Shown here: positions 54,323 to 64,000 of the stretch, one piece after another
Layout: every line of letters starts with the position of its first letter
Position numbering within the stretch: the first letter of the stretch is position 1
Origin: Caecitellus pseudoparvulus
Taxonomy: Eukaryota > Protista > Bigyra: Bicosoecida
Length of the DNA stretch: 64,000 nt
Direction: 5' to 3'
Assembly (NCBI GenBank): GCA_965644315.1
Contig: CBFFRQ010000013.1
Coordinates: 124,001-188,000 of the forward strand
Position numbers and translations under genes: made by a program
Notes under the pieces: model-generated
What the model saw: the letters and a program-made list of their open reading frames with translations, nothing else
What the model was told of the DNA's origin: nothing
Databases searched by the model: none

Positions 54323-57300
54323 ATGGCAGCAGCAGCTGGGGCACCTGCGCAGCCCGCTCAAGGGGCAGGTGAATTCAATGCAGAGGAAATGGTGTCTGGG
54401 CTGCGGTGGCATGAAATCGTGGCACTGATCAACACCACTGCAGAAGGGGTTTCGTCTGGTGCAAACGCTGCGGAGCCCGCCGACTGCACCCAGGCCCTTG
54501 CACTGCTGCAGCACATCCTGGACACTAACAGCCACATTAAAGTCCACATGGTAAGTGACATCAGCTGTTCTCGTTCAGCCGCTGCTGGAGCACCCGGGGT
54601 GCACCCTGCGGTAGACGGCGACATTTCCCGGGCGCAGCACCCACCACACTCTGCCCACCCACGCAGTCCGCCTGTGACTTGCTCTTGGCGCTTGCCACTG
54701 CTGCCTTCGAGCGCCAAGTAACCCAAGCGACAGTAAAAGCTTTGAGCAGTGTGGTGTCTTCTGAAGCCTTGCTTCTGCGCCTCCTCCGCAGCCGGCGAGT
54801 TGTCCAAGCTCGAGGCGACTCGCTCGTTCGCGGCATCGGCCTGGCCTGGGCTGCTTGTCACGCAGCTGACCTTGCGGGGCCCATCCAGGAGCAGGTTGTT
54901 CGATTTGCTGGGGAGGCTGGTGGCCTGCATCAACTGCTGGCTCTTGGGGCCATGTGCTGCGCTGCCATGCTGGCCGGGGAGCGCGACAGCGCCGCTGTCT
55001 CTGCCGCCACCAGCAACGTCCTGCCAGCACTGCTCACTGCTTCCCAGCGGCCAGGCAGCCGTGACACCCAGCTTACAGCGTTGGTGGACGAAGTGGCCCC
55101 GCTGCTGGCGGAGGGCTTCGCCTCACAGACTGGCGCAGTGGCAGGGCCGCTCTTGCGCAGCGTCTCTTCTGCAAGTGCTGCAGTGCGGGGCCCGGGCGGG
55201 AAGGTGCTGCGCCTCGTTGCAGCCGCAGCCTTCGACTGCGCCTTGACTGTGCTTGAAGACTCTGCTGACGCGGCAGCCGTTGCTGCGGTGGTGCAGGACT
55301 GCCTGCGAGAGCTGCCTCAACTGCGAGGCAGCTGGGTGGCAGCAGCAGCAACTGCGACCCAGGCCCTGCGCTCTCGCCGCCAACCACCGGCGGCTGCGCC
55401 AGCTGCAGCTGTGTCGACCGCAGTGGCGCCGCAGGCAGCTGCAGCTCCACCGGCCAGTGCAGACGCCGAGGTGGGCGGGGGCGACAGGGAAGAACACGCG
55501 CAGCTGGTGCGAACACATGGCGTGCCAGTGCCGCTGTCTGGCCTGCCAGAAACAGCGGCGCTCCTGGACATTTCTCAGAACCCAGAGATGGCGGTGCAAG
55601 CAGCTCGGCGCCAGCGGGACGCGGCAGTGGGCCACTTGAACTCGTTGGCTGGTCGCCTGCACGACATGACAGCGTTTGTGCTGCAGGAGTGCTTGACGGG
55701 TGGCACCACGGCCGACGAAGGGGATGAAGAGAAGTGGGGCGAGGTCTGGCGCCTGCGCCATGGCACGCCCCCACCACACCTCCCTGCAATCTTCACGGTG
55801 CAGGGCGGCAATGAGGTGCTCTTCATGCTGCGGCAAATGGTGCAGCTGCCGTTTGCGACCGGCATCCGCCCCAGCCTAGTGGCTTGTGTGTCCAGCCTGC
55901 TGGCGGCGCCTATACCTCTGCCCCGTGCGTGGGTAGTGGACGTGCTGCGCGACATCCTCAGCGCCGCATCGGACCCCGACGAGCACCTCACCCAGGAAGT
56001 CTACACAGCCCTGTCCACGGCAGCCATGTGGCGCGTGCCCCTCGCAGATGTCCTGTCCCTCTGCCTGGACACACTGCAAGGGGACACCACGCCCCTGACG
56101 GGCCCTGAACTACCCTCCATCATGCCTGTCGCCACGCCAGGCGGTGGCGCGCCCTCTGACGGCGCCGTTGTGGAGCACGTGCGTCTCCCTGGCGCCCGCG
56201 TCCTCGCAGCGCAGTCCCCTGTGCGGCTGCAGCGCGCTGTGCTGTGGATGGGCCAAGCTGCGGCGTTCCTTCGGCCAGCAGGCCCGAGCGCCAGGGACGA
56301 AGTGCAGCGCATGGAGTTGGCAGGCATTCGCGGCGAAGTGACGGCCCAAACCACTCTACAGCCAGCTTGCATGACTCGACACGCTTGGCTGTACCTGGGC
56401 CATGCCCTGGGTGCACTGCTGGATCACCGGAGTTTGCTGGTGCGTGACGCTGCGGGCGTGGCCTTGGGCAGTGTCCTGGACCTTGTCGGGCACTCCACGG
56501 CCCTGCAGACCCTCATGGCCCGCGTGGACCTGCTCAAAGCAGGCAAAATGGTGGCTGCCTGGCAAGCCGCTGCCCGGCGGGGCAGCGCCCGCCAACGGGC
56601 ATCAGCCGCCTCCGCGCGCACTGACGCATCCCGTGGCCGGCGCAAACGCACCGGTGCGAAGCGTTCGGTGCGCAGTGCGGAAGGGTTGGGCGGTAAAGCT
56701 ATCGCACCGCCGGCCAGCCCGCCCCGCGTCCCGGCATCCTTGACACCAGCAACCCTGGACTCTCTGCGCAGCCGGGGGGGTGTTCCCGCGCTACCTGACA
56801 GCCAAGACGGCTGCTTTGCGGGCCAAGACTCGCAGGCTCCAGATCTCAGCGTAGCACCTGCTCTGGTGTCTTGTGCCGGGGGCTGGCGGGCTGTAGGTGT
56901 GCCGCTGGGTGCAGCGGTGTTCACGCCCGCCCCCTGTGCGCCCCTCCGCGCTCTGGCAGAGCGAGCCATTGCCTTGCACTTGCTGGGCAAGGAGGAAGCC
57001 GCTGTCGCGTCTGGAAACGAAGAGGACGTGGCAGAGGTCGTCGCCGATGCGGGCAACGCTCTGAATGAGGCACAGCACATGCAGGCATACAAGCTGAGTT
57101 TGGTGTGCCTGCTGCTGCTGAAGCGCCATGCCCGTGTCATGGTGCGCATTCACATGTTTGAGGCGCTGCCGCCTGAGCTGCAGGGCCTTCTCAAGCGCTA
57201 CAACATTCCCAGCAAGGCTGCATCCTCCTTCTTTGCCTCCCACGTGCGGGCCCTCCGGCGCTCCACACTGGAAGAACTCACGCCACAAGCCTTCCTGTCC

Positions 57301-57822
57301 ACACTTCCGGCTGCGTGGGGCATGCAAAGCGTGCGGGGGAACCTGGTCGCGTTCTTTAGGGAGCACTACATGTCAATTCTTGAGGCTGCGGGGGATCCGC
57401 TGCCCCCCATGTCGCCAGGTGGCCCCACACCTGCCCCACCGCCCGCGCCGCAAGCTGAGACTACTGGCAGCGCAGCGCCAGCCTCGCCATTTGTCCTGGG
57501 ACTGAAGAGCAGTGGTCACTTCCTCCCCAGCAACGTACCAGCGTCCTTCTTGCAAGAGGCACTGAGTCGAGACGGCTCTGAGCCGGTCCCGCCCTTGGAC
57601 GCCCTTCGCTTGATCTTGCACTGGGCCAGGGCGCAAGCAGACACCTCCCAGCCCCCCCTCGGAACGACAGAAGGTGAGCTGCGTCAGCTCCTCGCAAACT
57701 GCATTGATGTTGGCGCCATCGCGCCGCCAGACCTCCTCGCCTCCTGCGAGCTCAATCCGTCAGTGTTCGGCTTGCTGGATGCTGGCCAGGTGCTGCGACA
57801 TGTCCTCGAAGCTCAGGCCTGA
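54323..57822 (+). CDS. Helical-repeat hypothetical protein with C-terminal BACK-like segment; intron 54551-54666
   Basis: Long Ala/Leu-rich helical ORF; FLQEALSRD...ALRLILHW...LRQLL..ID...I resembles a BACK domain. Confidence 0.6.
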
Positions 57823-57829
57823 CGCCGCG

Positions 57830-60800
57830 TCACGTGCCGAAGCCTGACAGGTCGCCCTTGCTCTCTGTGCTCCCCGACCGCCGCTTGCTGAAGGCAGTCA
57901 ACAAGCCGCCGCCCAGGCTGGCTCGCGACCCCGCCACGCTGGCCTCCAATTCACTCAACTGGCTGTGCAGGGCCGCCCTGTCGTGCGCTGGCACATGAAG
58001 CGGGGGAGGCACCGGCTGGGTGTGCTGCGGCTGGTGGGGTGCTGGCGCCCACGCCATGGACGTGCTGCGGCTGGGCAGAGCTGAGACGGCAGGCCCCTGC
58101 AGCAAGCTGGTGTTCGCCGAGTCGGGCAGGAGCAAGGTGGAGTTGACAGCCGGCTGGGGCGGGGCAGGGGGCTTGGCGGCCAGCATGCTGCCTTCCAGCC
58201 GCTTCAGCATGAGCGCTGCGCGCGTGTTGGCGCTTTGCTGGGAGCGCAGCTCACTGCGCTCCGCAGCCAGGTCGGCCCGGGCTGCCGCAAGGGCCTTGTT
58301 CCCGGCCTGAGCCTCATCCGCAGCTGCTTTAGCCTGCTGCAGCGATGAGGCCGCCCGTGCCTCCGCCGCCTCTGCCGCTGCGAGCTTCCGGCTGGCCGCC
58401 GCAACTGCCGCCTCGGCCTCCGCCTTGCCCCGCTGCACATCTGCAGCTTGCTTCTTCAGGGCTGCAGCCGCCGCCTGCAGGCGGGAGACATCCTGCGCCA
58501 ACCTGGAGCGCTCTGCCTCCACGCGGCCCTCCGCCGCCTCCACCTGCGCCTGGCGCTCAGCAAGGAACGCCTTCTCCCGCGCAAAGTCCTCCCGTAGGCT
58601 GGCCAGCCGCAGAGCCTCGCGCTGGCTGCCCTTCGTCTCGGCCTTGGCCTCAGCGATGGCGTCCTCCTTCGCCGTCAAGGCTTCCTCCCGCGCCGCAGCG
58701 GCAGCGGCTCGGTCGGCCTCCGCGGCCGCGCGCAGCTGGCCCAGCTCCTTGGCCCACCGACGCTTGTCCGAGGCGAGGCCGGCGCGCTCCATTGCCAGGG
58801 CGGAGCGCTCCTCCGCGGCGTCGTTCCTGGCAGCCTCTGCGTCGCGCTCCAGCGCCTGCCGCCGCTCGTCCAGTGCCTGCAGCTCGCGGGCCAGGCGGTG
58901 CTTGTCCGCTTCCAGCGCACTGCGCACGCCTGCGGAGCTGCTCTCCACTGACTCCAGCAGGCCCTGGAGCCGGGAGGCTTCCTCCTCTGCGCGTGCCGCT
59001 GCCTCCCGGGCATTGCGCTCCATGTCCCGCACCAGTGCCTCCCGTGCTGCCAGTTGCGCCTCCCGAGCGGAGGAGGCAGAGGAGCTGTCACGGGCCACAC
59101 TCGCCTGCAGCACCTCCAAGCTGCGCGTGGCTGCCGACAGCTGCGCCGTCAGGCCGGCAATCACTCCTCCGTCGTCTTCACGCCGACGCAGTGCCACCAG
59201 CTCCTCTGCGTGCATGCGCTTGAGGGTGGTCACCTCCTCCCCGTGGCGCTGAGCGGCGCGCTTCGCCTCTGCCGCCGCCGCCGCCTTCACCTGCGCCACC
59301 TCAGCCAGCCGAGCAGCCTCCGCCGCCGCACGTTCCTCCTTCCGGGCCTGAGTGGCCGCCTCCATCGCTGCAGACTCCACGCTGGACCGGGCCGTGGCCA
59401 GGTCGGCCTCAGCGCGAGCCGCGCGGTTCTCAGCCGCCTTCACCGCCGCCGAGCTTTCTGCGGTGTGCCGAGCCAGCTCGTCCCGGTGGCTTCGCTCAAG
59501 GCGCAGACGCAGGGCAGTGGCTTCCTCCTCGCCTTGGCGCCGCAGGGCCGCCATGGACGCTGCGTGGCGCTCAGCCATCGCCGCTGCCTCCGCCTCGTGT
59601 GTCCGCCGCACTGTCTCCAGCGTCTCCTTCGCAGACTCCGCCGCGCTCTGCGCCTCAGCCAGCGCGCGCTGCAGAGAGACCACCTTCCCTCCTTGCACCT
59701 CCTCCACACCGGCAGCCCGCCCCTCCGCTCGAGCTGCCTCCGCTGCTTCCCTTGCCTCCGCACGCAGGCGTGCGGTTTCCTCAGCGTGTGCCGCTGCCAT
59801 GCGGGCCAGCTCCCCTTGCAGCCGCCGCACTTCTGCATCATTAACTTGGCCCCCAGGCGGCACCGGGGGCGTGCCAGCCGCAGGTGGCTGGGCTGCAGCT
59901 GGCACAGGCGCAGAGCTGCGAGCTGGCTGAGACTGCCTCTGTTCTCCAGTCTGGGGGGGGGGCGTGGAGGAGGAGCGGTGGCCAGGCGCTGGCGAGGCCG
60001 CCGATCCGTGAAAGTCCTCGTCCATGGAGTATGCCAACTCGTCCCCTGACCCGCCGCCGCCCAGCACGGCTCGTGTCCGGGGGGCTGAACTGCTGCCCAG
60101 GATGTCCCCAAGCATGCTCCGCGGCGCGCCAGCCCGTCCCCCCCTGCCCACGCCCCCTCCCGAGGAGGGGGAGGTGGCCCGCCTCGCACTGGCAGCACCA
60201 GTGTCTGCCGGCGCCTGCATGGGGGCAATGCCCACCGCTGCACCCACCCGGTAGGCTGCCTCCTCGTCAGACGACATGGCATCCTCCCCCTCCTCCTCCC
60301 CAGACTCGAAACCCAGGTCGTGTGCGGCCACAGCGGACCGCCCTGTGCGCTCACCACCACCACCCGCGCTGGAGCCTTTCGAGGGTGCGGGCTTTTCATC
60401 GTCGTCCCCCAGGGGTAGGTCTGCGTCCCCCCAGTCGTCCGACGCCCCGCCTGCCGAGGTGGCTGGCGAAAGCGGGCCGTCCGACGCAGCTCTGGGAGGC
60501 TCAGTTGCTGTCTGCGCAGCAAAAGAGGGCGTGTAGTCCCCTCCTGAGCCCCATGACTGCCGCGCAGGAGCTGGCGCGGGTGCTGGCGCGGGTGCTGGCG
60601 CCATGAAGCTGGGTGTGTAGCCACCGCTGCCGGCCGCGTCAGGCTCGTCCCAAGAGTTTGAAGAGCCCGGGCTGCGGGATGTAGATCTCCTGACACCTGC
60701 CTCCTGTTGTGTGGTGGATGCTGGCGCGGGGGCTGGCGCAGCGGCAGGGGCGGCGAAGGAGGGAGTGTACCCTCCCAGCCCGAAGTCGTCACCGTCGTCG

Positions 60801-61423
60801 TCGCTTTCACCGCCCAGGACATCTCCACCTATTGTGGCCGCCAAGGCGGCCTCTAGCTCCGCGTCAGTGGCTTCTTCAGAAGGAGATGACTGTGCAAAAC
60901 TGGGTGTGTAGCCACCCCCGCCACCTGTGCCGCCTGTCGCCCGGGAGGGGGCGCCTCCTCCACCGAGCAAGTCGTCCAGCACGTCGCCACTGCTGGCCCT
61001 GGCTTGCCTGCCACCCCCACTCCCGTGACCTGAGAAGGTCACATTCCGGCCAGATTGCTTTGTATGCTGGGATTTCTGCGGGAACAGCGGGAACCAGGCC
61101 GTGCTGCGCCCGCCACACGCTTGGGACGCGACAACACCATCGCGCGCGACGGAGCAATTTCCGCACCACGCACCTTTTTGTGCTTCTTGATCTTGCTGCT
61201 GCGCGGCTTCTTCGCTGCAAAGGGGGCGAACGCCGAGATGGGTGTATGTTTCGTCAGGTCTGCCTCTGCCACCTTCGCATGCCTCACGTTTCTCAGTGAC
61301 GCCGCCGCCCAACATGGCATCCATATCTGCGTCGAAACTGTCGCCTGCGGCGAAGGTGCCAGGGCCACCGCCCCCTCCTCCACCCCCCAGAGAGGGGGCC
61401 CCGCTCAATCCAGTGAGCGACAT
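57830..61423 (-). CDS. FBF1-like basal-body/transition-fibre coiled-coil protein; introns 61287-61215 and 61173-61076
   Basis: Acidic disordered N-half (DVLDDLLG, GGYTPSF repeats) followed by about 550 aa of coiled coil. The two introns total 171 nt, so the genomic ORF reads through. Confidence 0.55.
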   Translation of the reverse strand: MSLTGLSGAPSLGGGGGGGGPGTFAAGDSFDADMDAMLGGGVTEKREACEGGRGRPDETYTHLGVRPLCSEEAAQQQDQEAQKGAWCGNCSVARDGVVASQACGGRSTAWFPLFPQKSQHTKQSGRNVTFSGHGSGGGRQARASSGDVLDDLLGGGGAPSRATGGTGGGGGYTPSFAQSSPSEEATDAELEAALAATIGGDVLGGESDDDGDDFGLGGYTPSFAAPAAAPAPAPASTTQQEAGVRRSTSRSPGSSNSWDEPDAAGSGGYTPSFMAPAPAPAPAPAPARQSWGSGGDYTPSFAAQTATEPPRAASDGPLSPATSAGGASDDWGDADLPLGDDDEKPAPSKGSSAGGGGERTGRSAVAAHDLGFESGEEEGEDAMSSDEEAAYRVGAAVGIAPMQAPADTGAASARRATSPSSGGGVGRGGRAGAPRSMLGDILGSSSAPRTRAVLGGGGSGDELAYSMDEDFHGSAASPAPGHRSSSTPPPQTGEQRQSQPARSSAPVPAAAQPPAAGTPPVPPGGQVNDAEVRRLQGELARMAAAHAEETARLRAEAREAAEAARAEGRAAGVEEVQGGKVVSLQRALAEAQSAAESAKETLETVRRTHEAEAAAMAERHAASMAALRRQGEEEATALRLRLERSHRDELARHTAESSAAVKAAENRAARAEADLATARSSVESAAMEAATQARKEERAAAEAARLAEVAQVKAAAAAEAKRAAQRHGEEVTTLKRMHAEELVALRRREDDGGVIAGLTAQLSAATRSLEVLQASVARDSSSASSAREAQLAAREALVRDMERNAREAAARAEEEASRLQGLLESVESSSAGVRSALEADKHRLARELQALDERRQALERDAEAARNDAAEERSALAMERAGLASDKRRWAKELGQLRAAAEADRAAAAAAREEALTAKEDAIAEAKAETKGSQREALRLASLREDFAREKAFLAERQAQVEAAEGRVEAERSRLAQDVSRLQAAAAALKKQAADVQRGKAEAEAAVAAASRKLAAAEAAEARAASSLQQAKAAADEAQAGNKALAAARADLAAERSELRSQQSANTRAALMLKRLEGSMLAAKPPAPPQPAVNSTLLLPDSANTSLLQGPAVSALPSRSTSMAWAPAPHQPQHTQPVPPPLHVPAHDRAALHSQLSELEASVAGSRASLGGGLLTAFSKRRSGSTESKGDLSGFGT

Positions 61424-61834
61424 GCTGCCGTTTCAAGGCCCCCAATAGTCCCCACAGTCGTGTCACTGCAGCGGTGAGGTCCACAAACGGCCGTGCCGCT
61501 GTGCCAGCTGGGTGAGCGTTGAGCCAAGGAAGGCTCAGAAGATCAAATGGCCACCACGGCCGGCTTGGAGCTCACAGCAAGAGAGGCGTGTGTGGATAAG
61601 AAGTTGTAGGGAACATGGAAATGCTCGGACTGATGAAGCAGGTGGGCCTTGGCTTGCCCCAGTGCAGGCAACGTAGTACTGTGCCTTGGGCACAGCACCA
61701 CCACGCCTGACTGAGTGTGCACAGAGGTGGCCACTTCCAAAACAGAACACCCAGCGAACCCGCGAACGTACAAGCCTCTGCGTACAAACCAAACAAGCTT
61801 GTTCTCTGCCCCCTTCCCCTGTGGACCCTTCAAG

Positions 61835-63600
61835 ATGGCCCTGTTGAGCAGCGCCGCGCGGCACGCAAGCCGTGCCTGGCGCGCAGGTGCAGTGCACGTC
61901 CACCTGCCAGCCCGAGGCATGGCATCCTTTTCCCTGTCGGACTTCGCCACGCTGGACCCCAAGGACATGAGCGCCGCCAAGCCACACACAGTGCGCAACT
62001 TGGGTGCGTGTTGCAACGGCGTGGCATTGGCGGGAAACACGTGCCCGTGACTCGCTGAACGTGGCCACGCCTGGCCACCTGCACAGTGCAAGGCGAGTGG
62101 ACGACACCAGCAACCATGGAGTCGCTCCCAGACCCAATGAACGGCGATGCTTTCATGAACGTGCCGCTGACGTCGGTGGATGAGCTGTCGCCCTTCGTGA
62201 AGAGCCTGGCAAAGGTCCCAAAAACCGGCCTGCACAACCCCTTCAAAAACCCTGAACGCTACCTGGAGCTGGCCCACGTCAGCAACAAGGCAGGGCAATG
62301 CTTGCGGGACCCTGACATTGCTGACTTCTTCACCCGCCTGATCCAGCGTGTGTGCCCGAAGTCATACGCGCAGGCTCGAGGCGAGGTGGACGTGACGGCG
62401 CAGTTTCTGGAGAACTTCAGCGGGGACCAGGTGCGGTTCATGGCTCAGTCCTTCGGCGTAAGTGGGGATCACATGGGTCAGGAAAGCCGTGGGTACCGCT
62501 GGCCTTATGGCCCTGTCGCCATCATCACCCCCTTCAACTTTGGCCTGGAAATCCCGGTGCTGCAGTTGATGGGCGCGCTCTTCATGGGCAACAAGCCCGT
62601 GCTGAAGAGCGACAACAAGGTATCTGTTATCATGGAGCAGTTCTTGCTCATGCTGATTAATTCCTGCGGCTTGAACCCTGCGGATGTGGACTTCTTGAAC
62701 AGCGACGGGCCGACCATGCAGCGCCTGCTGCGTGCTGCCAAGCCTCGCAACACCCTCTTCACGGGCTCCTCCCGCGTGGGCGAGATCCTGACCCGGGAAA
62801 CCAAGGGCAAGATCAAGCTGGAGGATGCAGGCTTCGACTGGAAGGTGCTGGGCCCTGACGTGCCCCGGGACAGCAACCTGGTGGACTACGTGGCGTGGCA
62901 GGCTGACCAGGACGCATACGGCTTCAGCGGGCAGAAGTGCTCGGCCCAGAGCATCATGTTCATGAACCGTGCTTGGAAAAAGGTGGACTTCCTGGAGAAG
63001 GTTGGGGACCTGGCCCGCCGCCGCAACCTGGAGGACCTGACCATCGGCCCCGTCCTGAGCTGGACAACGGAGGCAATGCTGGCGCACGTTCAGGAGCTTT
63101 TGAAGCTGAAGGGCGCGGAGCTGCTGTGGGGCGGCAAGGAGCTGCAGGGACACAGCATCCCCTCCTGCTACGGTGCCATCGAGCCGACAGCTGTGTATGT
63201 GCCGCTGTCCACCATGCGCAACCAGAAAGCATTCAAGCTGGCCACGAAGGAAGTCTTCGGACCCGTGCAGGTCATCACGGACTACAACAAGCAAGGCATC
63301 AACCGCGTCAAGTCGTACCTGGAGCGCATGGATCATCACCTGACGGCAGCCATTGTCAGCAACGACATTGGCTTCCAGCAGGACATGCTGGGCTCCACGG
63401 TCAACGGCACGACGTACGTTGGCATGCGGGCCCGCACGACAGGCGCGCCACAGAACCACTGGTTCGGGCCTGCTGGCGACCCACGTGGTGCAGGCATTGG
63501 TAGCCCAGAGGCCATCAAGCTGGTGTGGTCTTGCCACCGTGAGATCATCCACGACGTTGGGCCCATCGCAGAGGGGTGGACCACTCCCAAAGCCACTTGA
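61835..63600 (+). CDS. ALDH12A1: Delta-1-pyrroline-5-carboxylate dehydrogenase, ALDH12 type, mitochondrial; intron 62004-62086
   Basis: GLHNPFKNPERY; FLENFSGDQVRF; RWPYGPVAIITPFNF; LFTGSSRV; KLEDAGFDWK; SGQKCSAQS; RTTGAPQNHWFGP. Confidence 0.95.
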
Positions 63601-64000
63601 GGTAACACGTACGCCCCCTGCCCAATGCATGCAGAGCGCGGGGTGTGTTCAGCAGCCACACATGCATGCCAAAACCTAAACTGCGTGCACACACCCTCTC
63701 CTGATGCAGACGCACTCCCTGTCGCATCACCCACCCACTCTGCCTGACTCGATAGGTGGCGTTACGCTGCACGCAAGTGCCCTGTGCTCCGCGCGGCCTC
63801 TTTGTTCGCCCTGCCCCCCCGCTCTTGACCATGGCTGCTGCTGAAGGCTCAAAGTGCGTCATAAGAAGCTGTCCGAGCGGGCTCCTCGAGCTCGCAGGTG
63901 CCCAGGTGGTCGTGCAGCCTCACCGGCGTGTTGTGACTGCGCTGCGGCGTGTTGAGGCAGACCCACCTGCGCAGCTGGCCTCCACACGCCTTCCGCCCGC

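Noticed and set aside
60565-60605. GCTGGCGCGGGT tandem repeat as a CRISPR or satellite
   Set aside because: Encodes (Ala-Pro)n within a CDS; no spacers or cas genes, and the DNA is eukaryotic.
63850-64000. Possible 3' end of a minus-strand gene
   Set aside because: Too short, several open frames, no recognisable motif.

Overview
GC-rich, very gene-dense eukaryotic DNA. Introns are short spliceosomal GT-AG introns, mostly 65-100 nt, usually with GTGCGT donors and clustered near gene 5' ends. The gene set and intron style suggest a flagellated stramenopile-type protist (inference). The first 5.4 kb holds a complete PIF/Harbinger DNA transposon (395-5404): 17-bp imperfect TIRs, CAG target-site duplication, a DDE transposase and a convergent spliced ORF2. 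It is inserted into a host Pro-rich ORF whose frame is restored by precise excision. About 20 host genes follow: NOM1, a chondroitin-synthase-like glycosyltransferase, ACOT9, RPL37A, MRT4, SNAP-like, a Kv channel with tandem WW domains, PP2A B'', a giant cyclase with swapped catalytic halves, SUMO, an EngB GTPase, a degenerate hybrid histidine kinase, DDX11, a PX-AGC kinase, SHOC1-like, an AP2 factor, FBF1-like and ALDH12. All family calls come from motif recognition by eye; no searches were run.
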